Shown here: one piece after another, positions 21,051 to 30,857 of the stretch
Numbering within the stretch: position 1 is the first letter of the stretch
Layout: each line of letters opens with the position of its first letter
Assembly (NCBI GenBank): GCA_965221375.1
Contig: OZ244883.1
Coordinates: 384,071 to 448,070 of the forward strand
Reading direction: 5' to 3'
DNA: 64,000 nt
DNA from: an uncultured candidatus Porisulfidus sp.
Lineage (GTDB): Bacteria > Pseudomonadota > Gammaproteobacteria > Poriferisulfidales > Poriferisulfidaceae
Position numbers and translations under genes: made by a program
The notes under the pieces: generated by a model
Databases searched by the model: none
Seen by the model: only the letters and a program-made list of their open reading frames with translations
Told to the model about the DNA's origin: nothing

Positions 21051-21364
21051 TATTCGTTTTGATCGAACCGGTAATAGCGGCGGCTGAGATATTCCTGCAT
21101 CATCCGGACCTGTTCAGCGGTCCAGTCCAATCCGGCCCCCCGCTGGCAATGATCGATACGGTCGCGTAACTGAGATGCGTTGGCGACCAGCCCATCCTGC
21201 CGCCCATAAAGAAGGTGACCGTCTCCACCGGTAATACGGGCATGGCAGGCCACACAATGCTGCTGGTGTACACTTTCCGCATCAAATGCCTGAACACTTT
21301 GTCCTGCCAGCATCCAGCCGCCCAGTGCCACCAGTATCACGCGATGTCCTAGCCTTATGCCCAA
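21050..21364 (-). CDS. Mono-haem class I cytochrome c (periplasmic)
   Basis: CVACH haem-binding motif, downstream Met ligand candidates. Start uncertain (TTG at 21364 gives a signal peptide; the ORF track extends to 21442 and would overlap orn). Confidence 0.55.
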   Translation of the reverse strand: MGIRLGHRVILVALGGWMLAGQSVQAFDAESVHQQHCVACHARITGGDGHLLYGRQDGLVANASQLRDRIDHCQRGAGLDWTAEQVRMMQEYLSRRYYRFDQNE

Positions 21365-21905
21365 AGAAACAAATCTGATTTGGCTTGATTTGGAGATGAC
21401 CGGTCTGAACCCGGACACCGATCGAATTCTGGAACTAGCCACTGCGATTACCGATTCAAATTTGAACGTACTGGCCGTCGGTCCGGAACTGGTGATTCAC
21501 CAGTCCGAGTCCCAACTGGCGGCGATGGACTCGTGGAACACCTCGCATCATGGCGCCTCCGGTCTGACCGAGGCGGTGCGTCGCTCGACTTGTGATGAAG
21601 CCGAGGCCGAGCGCCAGACGTTGGAGTTCTTGGCCGCTCAAGTAAGGCCCGGATGCTCGCCCATGTGCGGGAACAGTATTGGCCAGGACCGTCGCTTCCT
21701 GGTGCGCTGGATGCCGGAACTGGAGCGTTTTTTTCATTATCGGAATCTGGATGTCAGTACTCTCAAGGAACTGGTCAACCGCTGGCTGCCTCAGCAGGCG
21801 TATGCGGAGAAAGATTCGGAACATCGCGCATTGGCCGATGTGCTGGAGTCCATTGAGGAGTTGCGCTATTATCGCAAATTGCTGTTTCAGCCCCGCGAGG
21901 AGTAA
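21357..21905 (+). CDS. orn: Oligoribonuclease
   Basis: 182 aa. DEDDh exonuclease motifs [11 protein letters not shown]... Confidence 0.95.
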   Translation: MPKETNLIWLDLEMTGLNPDTDRILELATAITDSNLNVLAVGPELVIHQSESQLAAMDSWNTSHHGASGLTEAVRRSTCDEAEAERQTLEFLAAQVRPGCSPMCGNSIGQDRRFLVRWMPELERFFHYRNLDVSTLKELVNRWLPQQAYAEKDSEHRALADVLESIEELRYYRKLLFQPREE

Positions 21906-21909
21906 TCGA

Positions 21910-23529
21910 TCAGGTATCGCCCGCTTCGGCGGGATTTAAAATCGTATCGGAAGCCAACTTCGGATCAGGCTCGGGGTGATCCAAGGTGTAGTGCAGGCCT
22001 CGACTTTCCTTGCGTCGCAGTGCGCAGTCGATAATCAATTCCGCCACTTGCGCGAGATTGCGCAGTTCCACCAGATCGCGCGTGATTCGAAAATCCCGAT
22101 AGTATTCGTTAATTTCCTCATGCAGCAGCGAGCAGCGTCGTCGCGCCCGTTCCAGTCGTTTGGTTGAGCGCACGATGCCGACATAATCCCACATAAAACG
22201 GCGCAGCTCATCCCAATTGTGGGCGACCACTACTTCTTCGTCTGAATCACAGACGCGACTTTCATCCCAGGGCTCCACTTCGGGCAGCGGGGCTTCGACC
22301 GACAAGGTCTGGTTGATGTGTTGGCTGGCGGCATGAGCAAATACCAGACACTCCAACAAGGAGTTGCTGGCCATGCGATTGGCGCCGTGCAGACCTGTGT
22401 GGGCCACTTCGCCCACCGCATACAAGCCTTCAATATCGGTGTGGCCATGCAGATCGGTCATCACCCCGCCGCACGTGTAATGTGCGGCCGGTACGACCGG
22501 AATGGGCTGGCACGTAATGTCGATGTTGTACTCAAGGCAACGGGCATAGGTGTTGGGGAATTCCGCACGCACTTGGTCAGAGTCCTTGTGGCTGATGTCC
22601 AGATGCACAAAGTCTGCACCGATGCGTTTCATTTCATGGTCGATCGCGCGGGCGACGATGTCCCGCGGCGCCAATTCTCCCCGCTCATCAAAGCGGTGCA
22701 TGAATTCTTCATTGTTGTGAGGCAGCCGCAACCGGGCCCCTTCGCCGCGCAGGGCTTCGGTGATTAGAAAGGAACGGGCGCGGGGATCGTACAGACAAGT
22801 GGGATGAAACTGAATGAATTCCATATTGGCGATACGACAGCCTGCGCGCCAGGCCATCGCCAGGCCATCGCCTGAGGAAGTATCCGGGTTGGAGGTGTAG
22901 AGATACACTTTGCTGGCGCCTCCCGTCGCCAGCAGAATACAGCGCGCCCGCAAGGCATGGATACGCCCGCTACGGGTATCCTGGGCATAAAGGCCGACAC
23001 ATCGGCGTTCATTTCCGTGCGAGTGGATAATCAGATCCACCGCAATCCAATAATCGCACCAGGTGATGTTTTGGCGTTGCCGTGTCTGTTCCATCAACGT
23101 GGTTTGGATGGCGCGTCCCGTGTGGTCCGCCACATGCGCGACGCGACGACGGCTGTGCCCGCCTTCGCGCGTCAAATGCAGTTCTCCGGAAGGAGGGTAG
23201 GGCGTGAAATCCACCCCTTGGCCCTGCAGCCAGTGGATCATCGCACCGCCTTGCTGGGCGACATGCTGGACGACTTCCTCATGGCACAAGCCATCGCCGA
23301 CGGCCATCGTGTCGCCGACATGGAGGGCGACGGAGTCCGAATCATCCAAAACGGCTGACACGCCGCCCTGGGCATAGGCGGTGGCGCTGTCGAAAGGCCC
23401 TTCCTTGCACATGACCATCACGCGCAAGTTCGGGTCCAGTTCCAGCGCTGCACACAGGCCGGCGGCTCCGCCGCCAAGAATGAGGACATCCGTGTCGTTT
23501 GTCACAATTTCCTTTGAATTCAAAAGCAT
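21910..23529 (-). CDS. nadB: L-aspartate oxidase
   Basis: 539 aa. FAD-binding DVLILGGGAAGL. Divergent from rpoE as in E. coli. Confidence 0.95.
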   Translation of the reverse strand: MLLNSKEIVTNDTDVLILGGGAAGLCAALELDPNLRVMVMCKEGPFDSATAYAQGGVSAVLDDSDSVALHVGDTMAVGDGLCHEEVVQHVAQQGGAMIHWLQGQGVDFTPYPPSGELHLTREGGHSRRRVAHVADHTGRAIQTTLMEQTRQRQNITWCDYWIAVDLIIHSHGNERRCVGLYAQDTRSGRIHALRARCILLATGGASKVYLYTSNPDTSSGDGLAMAWRAGCRIANMEFIQFHPTCLYDPRARSFLITEALRGEGARLRLPHNNEEFMHRFDERGELAPRDIVARAIDHEMKRIGADFVHLDISHKDSDQVRAEFPNTYARCLEYNIDITCQPIPVVPAAHYTCGGVMTDLHGHTDIEGLYAVGEVAHTGLHGANRMASNSLLECLVFAHAASQHINQTLSVEAPLPEVEPWDESRVCDSDEEVVVAHNWDELRRFMWDYVGIVRSTKRLERARRRCSLLHEEINEYYRDFRITRDLVELRNLAQVAELIIDCALRRKESRGLHYTLDHPEPDPKLASDTILNPAEAGDT

Positions 23530-23609
23530 CGATTGGCTTTAAGCAGGGAGATTATAATGTGAGGCCAAGCTGGGATTGAACTTCTAATGTACGCGCGTGT
23601 CATATTCGC

Positions 23610-24215
23610 ATGCCTGACAGCAGATGGGCTGCAGGGGCTGCTGTGAGTGATCGAAATGACCGAATGCTGGTACGTCGCGTGAAAGCAGGGGAAGCAGATG
23701 CGTTTGATATCCTGGTTGAAAAATATCAATATCGAATTCTGCATCTCATTGGGCGCTACGTGTCGGATCGAGGGGCCGTACATGATGTCGCACAAGAGAC
23801 TTTCCTAAAAGCATGGCGTGGAATCGGACGCTTTCGGGGCGACAGTCAATTTTATACCTGGCTGTTTCGTATTGCGGTCAACACGGCCAAAAATTATTTA
23901 ACTGTGGAGCGTCGCCGGGCGGACAAATTGATGCCGAACCACCAGGAAGACAACTCAATTATGGACAGCCTGCCCGCCGATTCCGGCACGCCCGAGCAAG
24001 AAGCGCAGGCTTCGGAGATCGAGGCGGTCGTGAACCAAGCGATTTCCGAGTTGTCGGAAGAATTGCGGGTGGCCATCACTTTGCGCGAGCTGGAAAACAT
24101 GAGTTACGATGAAATCGCCTATGTGATGAAGTGTCCGGTGGGCACGGTGCGCTCGCGGATTTTTCGCGCCCGCGAAGCCATTGATGAGAAATTGCGTCCT
24201 CTGTTGAACGAGTGA
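23610..24215 (+). CDS. rpoE: ECF sigma factor sigma-E (sigma-24)
   Basis: Co-linear with E. coli RpoE (FRGDSQFYTWLFRIAVNTAKNYL, CPVGTVRSRIFRAREAIDEKL). Confidence 0.9.
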   Translation: MPDSRWAAGAAVSDRNDRMLVRRVKAGEADAFDILVEKYQYRILHLIGRYVSDRGAVHDVAQETFLKAWRGIGRFRGDSQFYTWLFRIAVNTAKNYLTVERRRADKLMPNHQEDNSIMDSLPADSGTPEQEAQASEIEAVVNQAISELSEELRVAITLRELENMSYDEIAYVMKCPVGTVRSRIFRAREAIDEKLRPLLNE

Positions 24216-24223
24216 GGTTTGGT

Positions 24224-24784
24224 ATGACATCGGAAAAATCCTCTTCAAAGACCGTGGAAAGTAAAACCCACGAGTGGGTTTCCGCGTATCTGGATGATGA
24301 AAACAGCGCCATGGAGCGTCATCGCAACACGCGCGCCCTGTGCCAGGATGCGCATGCGCGCAAGCGCCTGGGGCGTTACCAGTTAGTTGGCGATGCCATT
24401 CGCGGAGACCTGCCTGAGCATTATGACGCGAGTTTCGCCGATGAAGTTCTGCAGAGCATTAAACAGGAGCAGGTCGAGCGCACTCCCACGCACTGGAGCT
24501 GGCGTGAGATCGGGTATTGGTTGTGGCATCCGGCTCCTTCGGTGGCGTTGAGCGGAGCGCTGGGCATCGTTGCGATTGTCGGAATTTGGTTCTATGTGGA
24601 CCGGACCGCGCAAGAGGTAGCGCCCATGGAAGCGGCCGTACAGATGGCGCCGACTGCCGAGACCACGCTTGCGGAAATGCAGGCGCAGCAGCGGACGCTG
24701 CAGAGTTATTTGGGTGCGCACGCGCAGTATGCGGCGCCCCAGGCGATGCTTCCTTACCGACATTTGATCCGATATGAAGAGTAA
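24224..24784 (+). CDS. rseA: Anti-sigma-E factor RseA (MucA)
   Basis: N-terminal anti-sigma domain (SAYLDDE..., YQLVGDAIRGDLPE). ATG at 24224 with GAGG SD. Central TM. Confidence 0.75.
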   Translation: MTSEKSSSKTVESKTHEWVSAYLDDENSAMERHRNTRALCQDAHARKRLGRYQLVGDAIRGDLPEHYDASFADEVLQSIKQEQVERTPTHWSWREIGYWLWHPAPSVALSGALGIVAIVGIWFYVDRTAQEVAPMEAAVQMAPTAETTLAEMQAQQRTLQSYLGAHAQYAAPQAMLPYRHLIRYEE

Positions 24785-25757
24785 GGGCGTACTTTGGGGA
24801 TTGATGGCGCTGCTGCTGGGTGTCCCGCAGGCCGGCGTCGCGGAAGATATTCTGGCGTGGCTGCACCGTGCCGGGCAAGCGGCCGCGAGCGCCAATTTTG
24901 AGGGCACGTTTGCGTCTATGAACGGATCGCAACTTCAGGTGATGCACATTCGGCAGGGTCGGAATCGACAGGGTCTGCATCAGCGTCTGGTGACGTTGTC
25001 GGGGGAGCGTTGTGAAATCGTGCGCAATGCCCAAGGGTCGGCGGTGGTCTATCCGAACCTCAAACTGATGCTTCGTGGGCGGCCTCATGTGCCCCATGAT
25101 TTCATGCCCCACCTGAGTACGGCCACGCCGGAGATTCACGAGCATTACCATGCCGAGTTGGTTGGACATGACCGGGTGGCGGATCGAAACTGTCGGGTGA
25201 TTCGTTTTCGTCCGCGCGACCAGTATCGCTATGGATGTGAATTGTGTCTGGATACGTCCACCGGCCTGCCTCTGCGGTTTCTGACGATGACGCAGACGGG
25301 AGAGACCCTGCAGAAGTATGAATTTACGGCGCTGCAGATGATCGATTCAATGCAGCAGTTTCCGTCGGACAGTTTCCGGGTGCAGACCAACACTCAGGGT
25401 TTTGAGATGGTGGGTATGCCGTACAATGCCTTGCCGCCCACCCGAAATTGGGTTGCCCGCGAATTGCCGCCGGGGTTTCAGGTACGCAAGTTGGTACGCC
25501 GCTATCACACGCAACACGATCAAGAACTGCACCATCTCGTGGTGACCGACCCCTTGTCCAGTGTGTCCGTGTTTATTGAATCTCGATCACGCCTGACAGG
25601 GGGCATCCTCAAGCGTAAAATGCGCCATGCGTACACGACCCAGCGCGACGGTTACGGGATTACGGTGATTGGCGATGTTCCGGAGGAGACGATCCGCATG
25701 ATCGGGGAATCCTTGTATTTGCTATCAGCCCGTTCCATTTCGACGGAAGGAGATTAA
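24774..25757 (+). CDS. rseB: Sigma-E regulatory protein RseB (MucB)
   Basis: 327 aa. Signal peptide. Overlaps rseA end. Confidence 0.85.
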   Translation: MKSKGVLWGLMALLLGVPQAGVAEDILAWLHRAGQAAASANFEGTFASMNGSQLQVMHIRQGRNRQGLHQRLVTLSGERCEIVRNAQGSAVVYPNLKLMLRGRPHVPHDFMPHLSTATPEIHEHYHAELVGHDRVADRNCRVIRFRPRDQYRYGCELCLDTSTGLPLRFLTMTQTGETLQKYEFTALQMIDSMQQFPSDSFRVQTNTQGFEMVGMPYNALPPTRNWVARELPPGFQVRKLVRRYHTQHDQELHHLVVTDPLSSVSVFIESRSRLTGGILKRKMRHAYTTQRDGYGITVIGDVPEETIRMIGESLYLLSARSISTEGD

Positions 25758-25759
25758 TT

Positions 25760-27181
25760 TTGGGAATTCAAAACTTGTGTGCCCCCCGCGGGAGGGCGAT
25801 TGTTGTGCTGGCGGGGCTGGCTTTCCTCAGTACTTCGCTGGAAGCTCGCGAACTTCCGGACTTCACCGAACTGGTGCAGGCCAATGCCCCGGTGGTGGTC
25901 AACATCAGCACCACGCGCAAATCGAAATCGCGAGACACCAGCAGCAATCAGCAAGAGTTGCCTGAAGGCATGCCGGATTTCTTCTATCGCTTTTTCGAGC
26001 AGAGCCCAAAGACTCCAAATAAGCCTCCCCGCCGACGGCAATCAACGGGTTCCGGAATGATCTATTCCTCGGACGGCTATATCGTGACGAACCATCATGT
26101 GGTGCAAAACGCTGATGAGATTATCGTCAAATTAAATGACAAGCGGGAGTTTGTGGCCGAGCGGGTGGGATCGGATCCGCGCAGTGATTTGGCATTGCTC
26201 AAGATTGACGCCGACAATCTACCGACGGCGACGCTGGGTGATTCGGACGACCTGAAGGTCGGGCAGTGGGTGTTGGCGATCGGGTCTCCTTTTGGTTTTG
26301 AATATTCCGCGACAGCCGGAATCGTCAGCGCCAAAGGCCGCAGTCTGCCGAACGAAAGTTATATTCCCTTCATTCAGACCGATGTCGCGATCAATCCCGG
26401 TAATTCCGGCGGTCCACTCTTTGACCTGGATGGCAAGGTAGTCGGGATCAACGCGCAGATTTACACGCGCACCGGCGGTTTTATGGGACTGTCGTTTGCC
26501 ATTCCCATTGACATGGTGTCCGAAGTCATCGCGCAAATTCAAAAAGACGGGCGAGTGGTACGCGGATGGTTGGGGGTGTACATCCAGGAAGTGACCCGAA
26601 ATCTGGCTGAATCCTTCGGCCTGGATCGTCCGAAAGGAGCCATTATTACTGCCATCGCCGAGGACAGTCCTGCGGACAAATCCGATTTGGAGGTGGGAGA
26701 CATTATTTTGAAGTTCGACGGACGCGAAGTGGAAGAATCCTCCATGTTGCCGCCGATTGTCGGACAGACCGCTCCGGGCCGTGAAATCGATGTGGAAGTG
26801 TTGCGCGATGGAGAGCGCAAGAGCATCGAGGTCACATTGGGCGAATTGCCGAGCAAAGAGGAAGACGCTCAGTCCGAAGAGGGTGATGAGGACAAGGAAG
26901 GCGCCAATCTGTTGGGGATGAAATTGGATACGATCACCGAGGAAGAGCGTGACAAGCTGGGACTGGAAGAAGAAGGCATCTGGGTGGAGGAGATCACCGG
27001 TGAGCCGGCCCGCTCTGCCGGGTTACAGAAAGGCGATGTGATTCGCATGTTCGCCGGGCAAAAGATTCTGACGCTTGAGGACTTCCAAGAGGCGGCGGAA
27101 GATTTGGAGGCCGGTCGCCCGTATCCGGTTTTGGTACAGCGCCGTCGAGGTTCGCGCTGGCTGGCCTTGACGCCCGACTAA
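25760..27181 (+). CDS. degP: Periplasmic serine endoprotease DegP/MucD (HtrA family, 2 PDZ)
   Basis: Catalytic triad context HHVV...DLALLK...GNSGGPL. Two PDZ domains. Confidence 0.9.
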   Translation: MGIQNLCAPRGRAIVVLAGLAFLSTSLEARELPDFTELVQANAPVVVNISTTRKSKSRDTSSNQQELPEGMPDFFYRFFEQSPKTPNKPPRRRQSTGSGMIYSSDGYIVTNHHVVQNADEIIVKLNDKREFVAERVGSDPRSDLALLKIDADNLPTATLGDSDDLKVGQWVLAIGSPFGFEYSATAGIVSAKGRSLPNESYIPFIQTDVAINPGNSGGPLFDLDGKVVGINAQIYTRTGGFMGLSFAIPIDMVSEVIAQIQKDGRVVRGWLGVYIQEVTRNLAESFGLDRPKGAIITAIAEDSPADKSDLEVGDIILKFDGREVEESSMLPPIVGQTAPGREIDVEVLRDGERKSIEVTLGELPSKEEDAQSEEGDEDKEGANLLGMKLDTITEEERDKLGLEEEGIWVEEITGEPARSAGLQKGDVIRMFAGQKILTLEDFQEAAEDLEAGRPYPVLVQRRRGSRWLALTPD

Positions 27182-27184
27182 ACA

Positions 27185-28990
27185 GTGGGTGACAGGTTCC
27201 CGATCGAACGGGTCCGCAATTTCGCCATCATTGCGCACATCGACCACGGGAAATCCACGCTAGCAGATCGCTTCATCGAATTGTGCGGCGCATTGAGCGA
27301 CCGCGAAATGAGCAGCCAGGTCCTGGACAACATGGACCTGGAACGTGAACGGGGAATCACCATCAAGGCGCGCAGCGTGACGCTGCATTATCAGGCCCAG
27401 GACGGCGAAACCTATCGCTTGAACCTGATCGACACACCGGGACATGTGGACTTCTCGTATGAAGTGTCCCGCTCGTTGGCGGCTTGTGAAGGCGGCCTGT
27501 TGGTGGTGGATGCATCGCAAGGCGTGGAAGCTCAGACCGTCGCCAACTGCTACAACGCAATCGAACAGGATTTACTGTTGTTGCCGGTGCTGAACAAGAT
27601 GGATCTTCCACAGGCGGATGCGACTCGCGCCAGCGAGGAGATTGAGGACATCATCGGTCTGGATGCCGCGGAGGCTTTGAGAATCAGTGCGAAAACAGGG
27701 GCCAATGTGCCGGATGTACTGGAGCGTGTGGTCCGCGATATTCCTGCTCCCGGAGGCGATCCCGAAGGGTCGCTTCAGGCCTTGATTATCGATTCGTGGT
27801 TCGACAGTTACGTGGGGGTGGTGTCGCTGGTTCGCATTTTCTCCGGCACTCTGCAACGGGGAGACCGCATCCAGGTGTTTTCTACAGGCCAGACCTATCG
27901 GGTGGAGTCGCTGGGCTGGTACGACCCGCATCCTCATGCCCGTGAAGAGCTGGCGTGCGGACAGGTGGGCTTTTTGGTTGCAGGGATTCGTGATATTGAA
28001 GGCGCGCCGGTCGGGGATACTATCACGCATGTAGGGGAGAGGACTTCCGAGGCATTGCCTGGTTTTCAGGCGGTACAGCCGAAAGTGTTTGCCGGTCTTT
28101 TCCCGGTGGATGCGGATGACTACGAGCAGTTGCGCGACGCGCTTGGCAAACTCCGTTTGAATGATGCGTCGTTCAATTACGAACCGGAGACTTCCAAGGC
28201 GTTGGGCTTTGGGTTTCGCTGCGGATTTTTGGGCCTGCTGCACATGGAAATCGTGCAGGAGCGCCTGGAACGGGAATATAACCTCAATTTATTGTCGACC
28301 GCGCCCACGGTTGCGTGTCAGGTATATCTGAATTCGGGAGAAGTTCTGGAGACGGGCAATCCCAGCCAGTTGCCCGAGCCGCACAAAATCGCCGAGATCC
28401 GCGAGCCCTATATTGAAGCCAATATTCTGGTGCCGCAGGATCATATCGGCGCGGTCATCACCCTGTGCGAAGAACGACGCGGGCGGCAGAAGCGCCTGCA
28501 GTACTCACGCAATCAGGTGAGCCTGACGTATCACTTGCCCCTGGCCGAGACGGTGACGGATTTTTACGACCGTCTGAAATCAGTCAGCCGCGGCTATGCG
28601 TCACTGGATTATCAGTTGTCGCATTTCGAAGCGGCGCCTTTGGTGAAATTGGATGTGTTAATCAATGGCGATCGGGTGGATGCGTTGTCGGTGATTGTGC
28701 ATCAGTCGCGTGCGATGGCATTGGGCCGTGACTTGACCACTCGCATGAAGGATTTAATTCCCCGGCAAATGTTTGATGTGGCGATTCAGGCGGCGATTGG
28801 ATCGCGGATCATTGCGCGCACCACAACCAAGGCGCTGCGCAAAAACGTCACAGCCAAATGTTACGGAGGCGATGTGACGCGCAAGCGCAAATTGCTGGAG
28901 AAGCAAAAAGCGGGTAAGAAGCGCATGAAGCGGGTCGGGAATGTCGATATTCCGCAGGAGGCGTTTATGGCCATCCTGAAAATCGAATGA
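27185..28990 (+). CDS. lepA: Elongation factor 4
   Basis: 601 aa. GTG start. G-domain AHIDHGKST and LepA C-terminal domain. Confidence 0.95.
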   Translation: MGDRFPIERVRNFAIIAHIDHGKSTLADRFIELCGALSDREMSSQVLDNMDLERERGITIKARSVTLHYQAQDGETYRLNLIDTPGHVDFSYEVSRSLAACEGGLLVVDASQGVEAQTVANCYNAIEQDLLLLPVLNKMDLPQADATRASEEIEDIIGLDAAEALRISAKTGANVPDVLERVVRDIPAPGGDPEGSLQALIIDSWFDSYVGVVSLVRIFSGTLQRGDRIQVFSTGQTYRVESLGWYDPHPHAREELACGQVGFLVAGIRDIEGAPVGDTITHVGERTSEALPGFQAVQPKVFAGLFPVDADDYEQLRDALGKLRLNDASFNYEPETSKALGFGFRCGFLGLLHMEIVQERLEREYNLNLLSTAPTVACQVYLNSGEVLETGNPSQLPEPHKIAEIREPYIEANILVPQDHIGAVITLCEERRGRQKRLQYSRNQVSLTYHLPLAETVTDFYDRLKSVSRGYASLDYQLSHFEAAPLVKLDVLINGDRVDALSVIVHQSRAMALGRDLTTRMKDLIPRQMFDVAIQAAIGSRIIARTTTKALRKNVTAKCYGGDVTRKRKLLEKQKAGKKRMKRVGNVDIPQEAFMAILKIE

Positions 28991-29898
28991 AGACCGCGTG
29001 CCTGATTGGACTGTTGCTGATCCTCGGCACCGGATCGGCCGTGGCCCAAGTCATGACGGTGACCCTGCTCGGCACCGGCACGCCGCGACCGGATAGCGAA
29101 CGTTTCAGTCAGGCGATTTTGGTGGAGACGCCCGAGGGCGACCGCCTATTGTTTGATGCAGGCCGGGGGGCGGCAATGCGACTGCATCAGATCGGTGTCA
29201 GCAGCGACCAGATTGATGCGATCTTCGTGACGCATCTGCATTACGATCATATTGTGGGTCTGGATGACGTGTGGTTGACAGCGCGGTTGTGGCAACGGTC
29301 CACACCCCTTACCGTGTATGGGCCGCAAGGAACTGCATCGTTTGTGGAGCACATCACAAATGCCTATGCGGTAGACCAGAAAGTGCGGCATCGGCAAAGC
29401 GGCTTGCCGGAGCAGGGGGGTACTCTGCAAGCGGTGGAAATTGCATCGGGCCAGGTGTATGCGTCCCAAGTCTTGAAAGTGACCGCCTTCCCGGTGGCGC
29501 ATGGCGCAGTCAAGCCGGCGTTTGGTTACCGGGTCGACTATGGGGAGCGTAGCGTGGTGATTTCGGGGGATACGACGTATTCAAAGACTTTGGTCGAACA
29601 CGCCCAAGGCGCCCAGGTCATCATTCATGAGGTGATGATGGCGAGTGAGGCGTTGCTGACCGGCAATGCCCGCTTGCGCAAGGTTCAGGCCTACCACTCC
29701 ACCCCGGAGCAGGTTGGCAAAGTGTTGACCGAGACCGGGGCGCAACTGGGGGTGCTGGTGCATCAGTTGCGATTCGGTGTATCGGAGGCGCAATTACTGG
29801 AGGCGGTACAAGCCCATTACGCCGGCGAAGTGCGCTTGGGCGAAGATTTGATGGCGATTGACATTGGCGAATCAACGTTTGTGTATCAGCGGCACTAA
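28987..29898 (+). CDS. Secreted MBL-fold metallo-hydrolase
   Basis: Signal peptide [20 protein letters not shown]. Metal-binding THLHYDH. Confidence 0.75.
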   Translation: MKTACLIGLLLILGTGSAVAQVMTVTLLGTGTPRPDSERFSQAILVETPEGDRLLFDAGRGAAMRLHQIGVSSDQIDAIFVTHLHYDHIVGLDDVWLTARLWQRSTPLTVYGPQGTASFVEHITNAYAVDQKVRHRQSGLPEQGGTLQAVEIASGQVYASQVLKVTAFPVAHGAVKPAFGYRVDYGERSVVISGDTTYSKTLVEHAQGAQVIIHEVMMASEALLTGNARLRKVQAYHSTPEQVGKVLTETGAQLGVLVHQLRFGVSEAQLLEAVQAHYAGEVRLGEDLMAIDIGESTFVYQRH

Positions 29899-30026
29899 TG
29901 ACGTCGCCGAAACCGGAGGGTGTGTCAATTCCGTTTGCGCGCTTTGTGTGTCGAAATCTGCGGACTACAATGCACGGTATCGCATGATTTTGTATTGGCC
30001 CGGCAGTCATTTTTGGAGAAGGTGGT

Positions 30027-30857
30027 TTGATGGTTCCGCAGTTTGATACGCCCCAGGTTATGGGCATTCTCAATGTCACGCCTGACAGTTTCTCCGATGG
30101 CGGTGCATATCCTTCGACCAGCCGCGCGGTCGCCCGAGCCGTGGAAATGGTCGAAGAAGGGGCCCGATTCATTGATGTGGGGGGCGAATCTACGCGGCCG
30201 GGTTCGGATCGCGTCAGTGCGGAAGAGCAGAAGCGTCGCATTCTGGATGTTGTCGAGCAAGTCCGAAAAGAAGTGCCTTCCGAAATTGTGATTAGTGTCG
30301 ACACCACATTGAGCGAGGTGGCACAGGCGGCCTTGGATGTGGGGGCGGGGATGATCAACGACGTGTCGGCGGGTCGGGACGATCCGAAAATGTTTGAACT
30401 GGTGGCCGCGCAGGGTGTGCCGTATTGCCTGATGCATATGCAGGGGACGCCCAAGACCATGCAGGACGATCCGCAGTACACGGACGTGACGGTGGAAGTG
30501 CGAGATTTTCTGCAGGAACGTGCCAATCTGGCACAGCAGGCAGGAGTGGGGGCACAACAGATTGTCTTGGACCCCGGCATCGGTTTTGGCAAACGCACCG
30601 AGCACAACCTGCAGTTGATTGCGCGGTTGTCGGAAATTGTCGCGCTGGGCTATCCCGTATTGCTGGGCACGTCGCGCAAGCGTTTTATGGGGGAAGTTGC
30701 GGATGTCAAGGAGCCGGCACTGCGTATGCCGGCGACAGTGGTGACGACGGGATGGGGGGTGTGCGCGGGAGCCCGCATCTTTCGGGTGCATGATGTTTGG
30801 CAGAATTGCCAAGCCTTGGAGGTTGCGCAGGCGATTCTGCGCGAGGAACGCAACTGA
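30027..30857 (+). CDS. folP: Dihydropteroate synthase
   Basis: VMGILNVTPDSFSDGG ... DVGGESTRPG ... co-linear with E. coli FolP. Confidence 0.9.
   Translation: MMVPQFDTPQVMGILNVTPDSFSDGGAYPSTSRAVARAVEMVEEGARFIDVGGESTRPGSDRVSAEEQKRRILDVVEQVRKEVPSEIVISVDTTLSEVAQAALDVGAGMINDVSAGRDDPKMFELVAAQGVPYCLMHMQGTPKTMQDDPQYTDVTVEVRDFLQERANLAQQAGVGAQQIVLDPGIGFGKRTEHNLQLIARLSEIVALGYPVLLGTSRKRFMGEVADVKEPALRMPATVVTTGWGVCAGARIFRVHDVWQNCQALEVAQAILREERN

Noticed and set aside
23520-23795. 91-aa minus-strand ORF across the nadB/rpoE divergent promoter
   Set aside because: Overlaps the rpoE coding start and the intergenic promoter region. Not supported.
29925-30812. 295-aa minus-strand ORF
   Set aside because: Antisense to folP, which has unambiguous homology. 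Arg/His-rich low-complexity translation typical of GC-rich shadow frames.
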